DNA of 49,181 nt, filler included, from Bipalium vagum (lineage: Eukaryota): the NCBI GenBank assembly GCA_037834085.1. It is 3 parts of 3 records of this genome, joined end to end, with 100 filler letters (N's around TTAATTAATTAA, not from the genome) between each part and the next. Parts side by side here need not be neighbours in the genome. Positions count along the whole stretch, not along the records: positions 1 to 16,464 come from JBBMKC010110369.1; positions 16,565 to 32,853 come from JBBMKC010118103.1; 1 more part is not named here. One strand, 5' to 3'. Each line of letters begins with the position of its first letter. The stretch's first letter is position 1. The position numbers and the translations under genes were made by a program. The notes beneath the pieces are model-generated. The model ran no database searches. It worked only from the letters and a program-made list of their open reading frames with translations, and was not told where the DNA came from. Shown here in pieces: positions 1 to 18,790 of the stretch.

Positions 1-582
1 AACATTTCACAGACCACTTTTCTGTTTTCAATTTGCCTATTGTCCAGTTTATGCGGCACCCATTTCCCTTCCTTTAAAATCTTACCCATTGCCTTTAACC
101 TATCAGAAACTTTTTGTCGGGCAACATCTAGTTGCAAGGCAAGTTGTTTCTGAGTTTGGCAAGGATCTTCATTCAAAAGGGCTTGGATTTCTTGATCTTC
201 AAATGATAAACTTCGACCTGGGCGTCCAATATCTTTGATACTGAAATTCTCATTTTTGAAGCGTTTAAACCAACGCTCGCAGTTGTCTGAGATGGAGCAT
301 GGTTCCCATACACCTGGCAAAGTATGTGGTAAGTTTCTACCGCAGTTCTTTTCATAATAAAATAATTTAAGATCACCTCCCGCAAATGCTGTCTTTCCGG
401 AATAAATAGTGTCATGTTTAAATCTAAAAAGAATATTAAAACTTTAATAAAATTTAAATGTTTATCTAAGTAATCAAAACATATCTAAACAAAATACAAT
501 ATTTAAACAATAAGATTAATTTTATCATATATGATAAAAAATGGATTTAAAAATATCTGCATTACTTTCCGGTACACATAAT
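1..582 (-). mobile_element. Mariner transposon, Mos1/mauritiana-like, 5' half; frameshifted transposase, runs off window start
   Basis: ORF 415-173 MTLFIPERQHLREVILNYFIMKRTAVETYHILCQVYG resembles the Mos1 N-terminus. After a frameshift near 270 the frame reads GRPGRSLSFEDQEIQALLNEDPCQTQKQLALQLDV...MGKILKEGKWVPHKL (mariner WVPHEL motif). TIR-like TATTATGTGTACCGGAAAGTAATGCAG at ~556-583. Confidence 0.9.
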
Positions 583-1559
583 ATTACTAGCTAACTTAGT
601 GGTATTGTATACAAGGTGACCATAAGTAAGCCAAATAGGTATTGTCATGTTTCGGAAGTTAATTTAATCTTTATGGTCATATTTTGATTTAATAAAAGTA
701 AAAACTTATCACTTGCATTTTAATATTTATGTTTGTCGAAGAAAAAAGTGCTCAAGTAAAAAATTACTTGTTTTTATTATTTTTGTGTATTTATTTCGAC
801 CAACAGGTTATGTCATTTATTTATTTTGATTAATGTGATTAAAAAACATGATCGGGAAACTATAAACTATTATATTCTTTGTTATTATATTTTTATTTTA
901 TATTTTTTTAATATATCCAAAGTGAGAAGACGTTAAATCTTTTAAAAAATATTTACAAAAATATCCAGTTTGTAAAGAAAATATTGGTTGCAAATGTAAA
1001 TATGTATAATATAATATAATTCAAATACTAAGGACCCCTGGTGTTTAAAAAGAGCTCTAGGGGAAGTAATATTTGGTATTTTGGTATGTTTTTAACTGTT
1101 AGTTAAACCATGAATCTTTTTAATAGTGATCATGAAATTAAGAGTCTTAACTCGTATGAATTTTTAAATTTTCTGAGTAAATTGAAATACACTGTCGGGA
1201 ATAATCTATCTCTGAAAACTTTATATTTCTCTATTTCCTTCTAATTCATACCAGTGAAAAACAATGCTTCTGCATTGCAATGGTCAAATGAATAATATAA
1301 CGTCAAAGAGATATATGAAAATATTAATTGAATAAAAGTATTATTTTACAGGAAATGAATTTCTTGTCAATTCTATGATCAAATGATCCATAAGAATAAC
1401 GAAACTAGTTATGAATATCTAATTATGAATATGTAATTTCTTTCTTTATCATTATGAAAAATATAATTTAGATATACTAGTAAACATGTACTAAAAAGCA
1501 TTAAAAGAAGATCCAAGTGAAAAAAAAATTTTAGATTCTGATCACAGTTGCTAGAATAT

Positions 1560-1960
1560 CCCTTTAATGATCGTTTATAGAACCAAATCATAACTAAAGA
1601 TGAGAGATTGATATTCTTCCATAATTATGACAGAAAAACGCAATGGGTATCTACTGGTAGTGCCAAAAAGAGATGGTAAGCGTATAATGAAATTTAGAGG
1701 GAATTATCCACTTTGAGCTGGTTCCTAGATATACCTCAGAGTTGTATGCAGAGCAGTTGGAACGTGTCTATGACATTTAAAGACACGTTATCAAAATTTA
1801 ATAAACAGAAAACGCTCTCTATTGCAACATGAGAGTCATCCTCTCATCAATCTCATTTTGATTACAGCTCAAATTCGGAAAATTGGTAGCGCGCAATTAC
1901 CTCCAAATCCACCAAACATTCTGGACGTGGTACCTTCAGACTACGAATTATTTCACTTTA
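1560..1960 (+). mobile_element. Degenerate mariner transposase catalytic-domain remnant
   Basis: Broken frames give IITKDER (ITGDEKW-like), GIIHFELVP, SELYAEQLERV, LLQHE (LHDNA-like) and PPNILDVVPSDYELF (PPYSPDLAPSDYHLF-like). Confidence 0.75.
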
Positions 1961-2229
1961 TTTTTCTTCTCTTGTGTACAATTAAATAAATTTTATTTTA
2001 TGAGAACAGGCTTGTCATACGCCCTAATACATTGTATATATTGGCTATGTATGTGTCACAGTTAAATATTTTTAAAATATGAGTGCAAAATTAAAAGATT
2101 AATTTATTAACACTTAATATTTTTCATTATTTTCCATAATCACCAATAGATTCATGAAATCTGTAATAGAATAAATAAACAAAACTTTATTGGGCTGAAA
2201 AATTAATTTGGAAATAGTTTAAGGAAAAA

Positions 2230-2400
2230 TTGTAATAGGAAAGAATACTTTTACTAGACAGTTTTCATCATTCATGCTTTCATGAAAGAAAGGGATCACT
2301 TTCATGTGAATATAAGCACACTTATTCTGAACCTATACTTTTGAACTGGATTGAAATTTTTTGGTTCATTCTAAAGTAGCGCCAGTGTCTCTTTACACGA
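2230..2400 (+). mobile_element. Possible IS630/Tc1-like transposase remnant
   Basis: ILLLDSFSS followed by LNWIEIFWFILK resembles the second Asp region and the LNPIExxWxxLK motif; heavily decayed. Confidence 0.35.
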
Positions 2401-3399
2401 AACAAGGTTTTTCTATTCTCTCAACATAATCTTTCTATTTGACGATGGAATATTTGAATCCAGCAAGAATTTCTAAAGATCTTTATTTGAAACTTCACAC
2501 TATTTTATAACTTGATCAAGGTTTCCTAAAAGTAGTTTCTTACCGATATCGTATAACTCTTAATGTATCTGAAAAATTTATACTTCTGAAATATTATTAT
2601 TTATGTTATGTTCCTATTTCATCAATTCTTTAATATAAAACTTAAGACAAAATCGTGCAGTATAAAATGATTCTTCATACAACAATTTCATATTAGATGC
2701 AAAAAAACTATACATTAAGAATAAATCTGAATATTGAACGATTTAATAGCCCTTTAACTGACTTCTGGATACATCAATAACACTTTAATAATATTGTATC
2801 CTAAATCTCAACTCCCTGAACTGATTGAATCTACTGGTTTTGGAGGCTTCTTTTATGCATCCTTTTTCAGTAAGCAGATTTAACCGGTTAACATACCCTT
2901 ACACATTCTTACAGTGTGGTAATTACCCACTTTGTCGGTATTTGATAAATTAAATAATAATTAGTTAAGCCGATATTCTCCAATTTTAATAAAATATAAC
3001 TATTAATAATTATTTATTATTTAATTAGATTTTGCATTTTATATTATTACAGTCATTCAAACGTAACTTCACACTTTTTGAACCAACGAAATTAAGATTT
3101 TTTGAATTGTGAAATTAAGATTGATCGAGATGTGTGAGATTCTCAGAAATGATTTTTCTGTTAATTTATTACGTGTAATAGTTTCTTTGGAATCAAAATT
3201 GTTATAGGTCAATTGACACATACTATTATCAAAATATCAAATTTTATCTATATTTTTTGCTTATCATAAAACTAAGGTGATTTTGGTTAAAATATGATCC
3301 CTCTGGCCAAACTGTGGAAAGTGGTTGATGAACGATTGTATGATGTATTAAAATAATAGGAAAGAGATTTTATAGTAATATAATAATTCACTATATGGG

Positions 3400-3797
3400 G
3401 AAATTAAAAACCCTGTAGTTATTTTAACATTAAACAATCATCACCGTTGGCCTCCATGTTTCCCGAATCTGTCTCCTCTCGATTATTATTTCTGGGGAAC
3501 ACTGAAATCACGAGTTTATCAGAGATTCAAACCAACAAATATTGAATAGTTGAACGAAAAAAATTGTGAAGAAATTCAAACTATAACAATTGATGAACTT
3601 GCAAGATCAATTAAACATTTGAAGGTACGTTGTTAGCTTTTATTATATAAGAATGGTTCATATATCCAACTGTTCTTATAAAAATTATATAATTACCCTG
3701 TTTGGACATGTATTTTATATAATTTTGGTTTTCTTAAATAAAAGTTATCTTCAAAATTTTTAGAATTTAAAACTTAAGTCACTTATGGACAATAGTA
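3400..3797 (+). mobile_element. Tc1/mariner-superfamily transposase C-terminal remnant with possible right TIR
   Basis: WPPCFPNLSPLDYYFWGTLKSRVYQ at ~3448-3522 matches the WPPRSPDLxPLDFFLWGxLK motif. CACTTATGGAC at ~3780 is loosely inverted to ACAAGGTGACCATAAGTA at ~611. Confidence 0.7.
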
Positions 3798-3848
3798 TGT
3801 GGACAATGAAGTAAGTCATTGGAAAACGAGATATTATAAATGCTCCTC

Positions 3849-4952
3849 CGTGGTGCACTCAATAAGTTCTTGCAAGATGTGGGAAGGAAATATAATTTTG
3901 ACATGCAATAAAATTTTTATTTTAACTATATTGTTATAGGTTTGATTAATGTAGTATCTTTCAAATTTTCATTACGGTTTATATTGAAATTCGTGGAATT
4001 TTTAATTTTATTACAATTCATGATAGATGAAGTGGAATATCGCAGAGTTATAAAGTTCCTGGTAATACACCATGTTCCCAATGAACAATTTTTTTCCCAA
4101 TTGAAGGAGACATAGCGAGAACTCTTCTTCATGCAGAATAATGTACAAGCGGGTTTCACAGTTTAAACAGGGGAGACAATCAGTCTTTGATGACCAAAGG
4201 ACCAATATGAAAAATTTATAGAAAAATGTGAATCTTTACTGCTAGAAGATCGTCGAATCAAAACTGGTTGATGCTGTTAGTGTGACCAAAGAAACCGTAC
4301 AAGTAATTCTGCATAAACTGGCAGTGACATAGATGGCTTCCCGATTTGTTCATCGCTTTCTTTCATCAAAGAAATGTGAGAAGCGCCTGGAATGCTCTCA
4401 GGCAAACCTTCTTCTTTTCCAACGGAATGGTGAGACATTGCTGCGAAATATCTCACAAGATGAAACCCATCTCAGTCTGAATCTTTCAGAATATAAACGC
4501 GAGTTAAATAAATGGAAATTTCCAGGAGAATCAGGTTGCAGGAAAATGATGTGGAAATATATGATTTTTTTTCGATTTTGCTGAAAAAAACCAGATTCAA
4601 ATCTGCACACTACATTCTCGACGAAAAGCACATAACATTCCAATGTAGTTTCTCCTGTACAATGTCCCAAACCATAAACGTGGACTATCCTCCCTACAGT
4701 CCAGACCTTATCATCAGTGATTTTTACCTCTTAAGTGAGATAAACATTTTGCAAATGTTGAAGATTTGAAAGAAAAGGTCGATTAAAAAGTGTATTCTCT
4801 GAACTGATCTACACTGGCAAAAGTGTGTAGTTGTGAATGGATCTTATGTTGAAAATGATTTCTATATATGTCATATGTTACTGTGTCAAAGTTGAGTGTT
4901 CCATTAAATTGCCTTGCTAGTCATAGCACGAAAATATGGGGCGTACCACGTA
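3849..4952 (+). mobile_element. Mariner transposon remnant (irritans/Himar-like), near full span, multiply disabled
   Basis: MIDEVEYRRVIKFLV at ~4020, FKQGRQSVFDDQR, LLEDRRIK, SRFVHRFLS (ARWVPRLL-like), SQDETH (TGDETW-like), YPPYSPDLIISDFYL. Imperfect TIRs CGTGGTGCAC.. (3849) and ..GCGTACCACG (~4950). Confidence 0.85.
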
Positions 4953-5179
4953 TGATAAAACGATGGACAAGATTAAATAAACTATATTAATCTGATAATA
5001 TTTATTCCTAAGTTATATTACAATAAAATTTGTAAAATTTTAATTAAATGTTTAAGAATGACAAAATTTTTAGTATACAAATGTAAACTCTAAAAATAAA
5101 TAACGTAAATCAATCAAAACTTCAGACATTTATTTAATTCAGATGAACATTTTTAATATTTTTTATTATCTCTACGGCT

Positions 5180-5640
5180 AGTAATAATAGTTGCAATTTG
5201 CTTGGGTATTGACACAACAAGTTTCTTGAGAAATTCCTGAGGATAATATTCCATTCTTCCTTAAAAATCATTTCATTTCTTCAACGTTTCTGGGTCCCCG
5301 TTTGACTACTAACAATTTTTATGTTATCAATTTATCCTTTGTATTTTTCCACGTCCCCATGATTCTGTCAGATCAAAATTTTGACAAGTCTTATATCATC
5401 GAACTATAAGAGCTGCTTTGTATTGTTCCTGTGAAACTGATTTCTAATTTTTAAATTTTTATGTTGTGCCTAACTCAAATTTTTAATTGATTGTAAATAT
5501 CATTTTAAGAGTCAGAATTCTTTAACTAATACTCATTGGTTTTAATTGCACATCTGAAAACTTTAAAACATGATTGGTCAGCTTCACTTTTGTACACAAT
5601 AAAGATTTACTGATCACATACTAAAGTAGACAAGAAATAA
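5180..5640 (-). mobile_element. Tc1-like transposase C-terminal remnant
   Basis: Reverse strand EEWNII-PQEFLKKLVVSIPKQIA resembles the Tc1 motif EEWxxIPxxxxxxLVxSMPxR; extent approximate. Confidence 0.5.
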
Positions 5641-6178
5641 TAAAATACATTTGTAAACCGTATTAAAAATACTTCTGAATTTATGAACAATATTTTGAGC
5701 TCACCACCCATATATTTATTGAACAATAATTGTTCTTCCTTTATTTTTTTGATGTTAGAATTAAAGTCCGATTATTTCTCTATAATTATCATTTCCCATT
5801 AAGCATTATACAAAAAATACTCATCTCTAAAAAGTAAAATCAAAAATATTAGAAATGAAACACATTAAAAGATTTTTTTAATCAATTAAAAATATTTTTA
5901 CAAAAATCATTGGTAACAAGAAATAAAATTCAAAGTTATTATCAGAAAATCGAATCATAGAAAATAATGATGTGCATCCAAAAACATAAATTTTTAGAAA
6001 ATAATACGGGTCCAACGAGACCTGGTTTAAATTCTGAGAAAATTGTAACATTGTGAAAAACATATTTTAGAAAGATAGTTCTTTAGATGTAAAAAAAATC
6101 AAGTCGACTTTAAAACTTGTTTAAAAAAATTTTAAAAAAACAATAACATTTATTTCCTATGAAAACTTTAAAAATTCA

Positions 6179-13917
<7,739 letters not shown>

Positions 13918-14199
13918 AACTTTTATATAAATATATTAATGTATAATTTTTTTAAAAAAGACAATCCGCTTAAGAATTCTTAGTGTTCACATGTGATTTT
14001 AAATATAATGCAAAAATATTTATTTCTGTTAAACAATTTAGTTATATAATATGATTTTATATTTAATAAATTTTAACGTTGTAGAATGCCTTTTTAGAGA
14101 GAAAATTGTTAACCTTTGTAAACTTTTAAATCTAAAATAAAGACTATAAACTCTATCTTTGTTTTTAGCTAATATTTATAGGAGCAATGATCATTTTAT

Positions 14200-16464
14200 G
14201 TACAGTTCGGTTGTGTGAGATTTCATTATATAAGACTGTTCTGGCAATGCATTTCTAATAAGGCTCATGTCTTATATACTGTTCGAATCGACATTATATT
14301 CTAGAATTAAGGACTCAATTATAATATTAATTTTATTAGAATTACAACCATTATCAATAAAATATTCGTCATCATCGATACATTTACCAAAAACTGAAAT
14401 TAATAGAGTGACAAGTAAAATTAAATTTTTTGTCAAAAGTTGTCTCAATTTTTTAGCTTTACTCAAAAAAGGTATTTCATAATTACAAACTGTATCATCA
14501 GAAATTACAACTTCAAATTTAATCGATGTATAGGCTTCCTTTGATTGTCTGAGACTATGGCCATATTTTAATAAGATTTGGTTTAACTCTTTTCGGTGTA
14601 AATCTGAAAAGGTTATCCAGTTTCTTAATTTATTAACTGTTTTTTACAAAATTTTAACTGGTATCGGCCATTGATTTATTTCATCGATAATACTTTTTAT
14701 TTTTGTGTGATCCAAACTGCTTTTTACTAATTCTTGACTCAATTTTACGGGAATATTATTCATATATTTACGTTCTTCGTCACTTAGCTCTTTAAATGTA
14801 CTAACCATTTCTCCTGTAATGACTTCTAGCTCATAGTTTATTTCTATTAAATTGTACCATCATGAAATGACTCCACTTTCCAATAAACGTTTATCTTTAT
14901 TGAGTGAAGATCCATAATACAAAAGTCTAACTTTTCTTTCTAATTGTTCTTGTAAAAATATTTTTATTTCTTCACTGAAGTATGTAGAGCTACTAAATTT
15001 TTTATTACTAAATTATTCGGATATTTATAATGAATATAAAATATTTCGTCATTAATTGACCATTCTCTTACTATTTTCTGTACTAGTTGTAACTAAGTAC
15101 ATTTTGGGAGTGTATTACATCTTAAGAAATGTTTCACTTCTTCGACATTGTCTATGGGTATTTCACCATTTACCCATTTTGTTGCTATGCCTACTGCTAT
15201 ATGCAACTTTGCTGCTTTCTCAGTAACTATAGTTATGGGTGTATTAATTTCTTTTTCTTGCTCTTTAAATATGTCAATTTTTAAACATTCTTCTCTTAGC
15301 ATTGACTCTAATTATTCTACTCGAGACATATGTGCTTCCAAAGTATCCTCATTATTATTTTGAGGTTCGCTTACTACATTTATATTTCTTTGGGCCATAG
15401 TAAAACTTCTTTGAAAATGTTCATATCGACCACTTATGAAGCATTTCACTTTTCTTTCTATATTAACCTGTTGCTTTTGAGGGGAATTAAAATTTATACT
15501 TCTGCAAACTGTGCCAATATGGCCTAATTTACCACATTGTAAACACTGTAAATTTACTGCTCAGAATTCTGCTGTATTATGATTATTTCTACCACATTTA
15601 TTACATTTTTTTGTTATCGTACCTTGAACTTTTGAATTTAACGTGAGCATTCCTTTAGGAGGCGTATATGGCATTCTATTATTATTGTTACTGGCATTAA
15701 ATGGTTTATTAACTTGTTCATTAAAACTAACTTTTTTATTTATATTACAATCTCTTGAACTGTGTCCCATTTGCTGGCACTTAAAACATTGCATCATTTT
15801 ATGATTTCTTTCTGGTGATGGGGTATTGTATCCTGTTATTTTCTGTTTTCTTGTTGATGCAACATTAGTGCATTTTTTATTTCTCTTTTTAAATCTGACC
15901 ACCACTGATCCTTTACTATTACTTTTGTGTTTTCATCCCATGTATTCTGTAATCCAAATGCTCGCTGTGCTACTGTTTTTAATTCGTACGTGTATTCTGT
16001 GATACTTGTAGTTCCTTTCTGCTTTGTATTTTAAAACTGTTGCCTGAATAAATTTCCTGTATCCCCTGTAAATATTTGTGCTTCTAATGCTGCTTTTATA
16101 CTTTGCCAGTCTTTGTGCTCATTTTTCCTTAACAGATCTAGATATGCATCTCTAGCTGCTCCTTTTAAATAAATTGGTAACCTGTTTATTATTACTTGTT
16201 CATTGAATCCATATGCCCTCATGGTTATATAATAATTTGCTAAGAAATCAGGTAATTCTGTAGGGTTTCCATTATAAGCATCAATCTTAATGTACCCTGT
16301 ATACGTATTTCCATCATTTTCTCCCCCTTTATTATTATTCATATTATTATTAATATTATTAAGCTGAACTATGATTCTTTCTATAGATTCTTGAGTTCTA
16401 GTTGCAGTTAATTGTCTTTTCAAATTTAATTCTTCAGTTACTTTTTCTCTTATTTTTTCTAAAC
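14200..16464 (-). mobile_element. Decayed Ty3/gypsy-like LTR retroelement internal region: Gag (capsid + ~4 CCHC knuckles) followed by two ubiquitin-like domains; pol core absent
   Basis: Capsid-like IDAYNGNPTELPDFL...LPIYLKGAARDAY...QKGTTSITEYTYELKTVAQRAF (in-frame stop at 16031). Knuckles CFKCQQMGHSSRDC, CNKCGRNNHNTAEF, CLQCGKLGHIGTVC and degenerate CFISGRYEH. The frame 15000-14272 has only two stops and contains UBL-like motifs. Truncated by the gap at 16465. Confidence 0.8.
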
Positions 16465-16564
16465 NNNNNNNNNNNNNNNNNNNNNNNNNNNNNNNNNNNN
16501 NNNNNNNNTTAATTAATTAANNNNNNNNNNNNNNNNNNNNNNNNNNNNNNNNNNNNNNNNNNNN
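16465..16564. other. Artificial scaffold linker N44-TTAATTAATTAA-N44
   Basis: Exactly 100 bp; the 12-mer has stops in all six frames; identical copy at 32854-32953. Confidence 0.95.

Positions 16565-16612
<48 letters not shown>
16565..16612. repeat. (AAT)n microsatellite at contig edge
   Basis: About 16 AAT units immediately after the gap. Confidence 0.95.
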
Positions 16613-16683
16613 CGGAAAAATAATTAAAATTTGTGGGAAAATCTGTAACAATAGGTACAATAGATATTAATTATTTATCGATG

Positions 16684-17432
16684 TGTTATAATAAAGATAT
16701 CGTCGGAGTATTTACTTCCTTTATCTAACTTTGTCTTGGCGTGGAGACAAAGTTAGAAATAATGGGCTATTGTTGGAAATATTCGTCTCTGGTCGTAGGG
16801 GTTGATGATTGTAGCACCAATTATTGAAAAATTATTGCAGCGTAGTTATCAATAGAGTTTGAGTTTGCATTTTGAGGAAGAAAGAATATTATTGTTGGAA
16901 GACGGACAATTCAGAACCTATTCGCAACGATGACTACGGAGATTCTAGTAAAATTTTCTTTTTGCCACGTCTACGATATGTCAAGGAAACAAAATTATAC
17001 AATAGGACGACCCGGGGACCCCTTGAGGTCATTTTCTTGATTTTATTTTAATCTATTTTATTCATTTTTGTTTTTGTTTGTGATCATTATTTATCGTACT
17101 CTTTGAACATCATAACTTTTAACATTCGCTTCCACTGAATTGATTTTCTTAGACAATTGATCAATGTTGATTTTTCGTCTAGAATTGATTTGAATTGTGA
17201 TTTTTGGTGGTTCATGTGACTAGTTTCGCATTATAATAAAATTTTACTGTGATTTGCTATGATTAAATCATTGTGCGGATAGAGTATTATCGTGGGTGTT
17301 TTGATTCTATAGATAAGGTTTTATTGTGAGGAGTTTGATTCGAGTTGAGTGTAAACCGAATAACGAACACAACATTATAAAAGTGAAGAGTTCCGGGTAC
17401 GCAAGTTACTGTCTCAAAATATAATAGTAACA
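16684..17432 (+). mobile_element. Solo-LTR-like repeat, copy A
   Basis: Termini TGTTA...TAACA; AATAAA at ~17236; shares blocks with 17985-18790 (TTGTCT..CGTGGAGACA..GGCTATTG.TGGAAATA..CGTCTC; GTGCGGATA.AGTATTAT; TATAAAAGT; ..TAGTAACA). No TSD seen. Confidence 0.65.
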
Positions 17433-17984
17433 ATAACCTGAATGTCGAGGTGTTAGTTTTACTCTATAGTTATTACTACTAATTTTTATCTCTTGTAAAA
17501 TAAAATTTAAACATCTTTCAGTAGTATTTCGAGTAGAAATTCTATATTGAAAAACTCGTGATCTAGTATTTATATAATAATGATATTTGATGAAAGTGAT
17601 TGAATTAAAGTCATCTACTCTAGATTCATGAAATGTCAGGAAAAAGATATTCTTCAAAAAGTATAATGTTATCTATAGCTCTTCAATCATCAATATTTAT
17701 ATTTAGATTTGCCATTTTTAAAAAAGAAATTTGACTTTTTTATATATAATTTTTTTATATATATTTATTTATTGATATTATTCTGAATCAATCATATGAT
17801 AAAATTCATATATCAATTTATTTTTATGTAAACTCCTTTTCATAAGAAAAACTATCAAAATAAGAATTATTTCCCAACAAAATAGTACACAAAAATGTAA
17901 CAATGCTTCTCAGTTATTACAATCAATCAACAAATAATAGACGATTACAAAAATCTTGCATCAAAGAATGTATCAAAATTGTTG

Positions 17985-18790
17985 GGTTATAATAAAAAAA
18001 AGTTTATAATAATTAATAATAATAAAAATAAGTTCATAATAATAATAATGATAATAAGATAAGGACCAATCTTCAGTCGAGGTTGAAAGGAAGAATTATA
18101 CTCCACCGTGGCAGTTAATAATTCCTTTTGTCTCGTCGTGGAGACAGAGATAGCAATCAGAGGCTATTGATGGAAATAGCCGTCTCGAAGCGTAGAGATT
18201 AGTGATCTTAACCCAATCCCTGCGACTATATAAAGAGACGGCTGTTCTCATCAATTGCCCACAATTTTTTAGACAATCTGCGAGCGAGATACAATTCGAT
18301 TCTACGACAATCTGCGAGGCAACTTAAGTCGGAGAGAAAGTTCCAATTATTCCAGGTCTTCTAACAAGTGAATATGACAGCGCAAATGGATTTAACAAGG
18401 AGACCCAGCGAACTTGGGAACCCCTAGGCGACCTGAGAAGAGGGCTATCAGGGAACCCCTTGTCGCACTTGGTGAGACCGTTTATATTTTTTTGTGAAAA
18501 TTTATGAGACTTTCTTTGTGATTCTCTCTCTCATCTCTTTCATTTTATTAGTAGTGTGTTTATTTTATCATTATTTACTTATTTCGTTTTTTGTTGTAGT
18601 GATTGATATATTGGGATTAGGTTTTTGTCAATAAAGTTTTATTGAGGACGTTTTGGTTCAGTTCATATGGTGCGGATACAGTATTATTGGGGATGTTTTG
18701 ATTCAGATAAGATTTGAGAGGGAACGATCACATTTTATAAAAGTTAGGAGTCACGAGCACACGTTACTACGTCAAAGTATATTAGTAACA
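17985..18790 (+). mobile_element. Solo-LTR-like repeat, copy B (diverged relative of copy A)
   Basis: (G)GTTATAATAA start and TAGTAACA end; TATATAAA at 18227-18234; AATAAA at ~18630; homologous blocks with copy A. Confidence 0.65.

Noticed and set aside
14380-14430. Hydrophobic LILLVTLLISVF as an env signal peptide or TM segment
   Set aside because: It falls between the helix and beta3 of the second ubiquitin-like pattern, and no env-like ectodomain follows.
16509-16520. TTAATTAATTAA island between N runs (also 32898-32909)
   Set aside because: Six-frame-stop assembly linker in an identical 44+12+44 layout; not biological.
16684-18790. LTR pair as the LTRs of the adjacent Gag element
   Set aside because: Opposite inferred orientation, both on one side, mutually diverged, and separated from Gag by an artificial gap.
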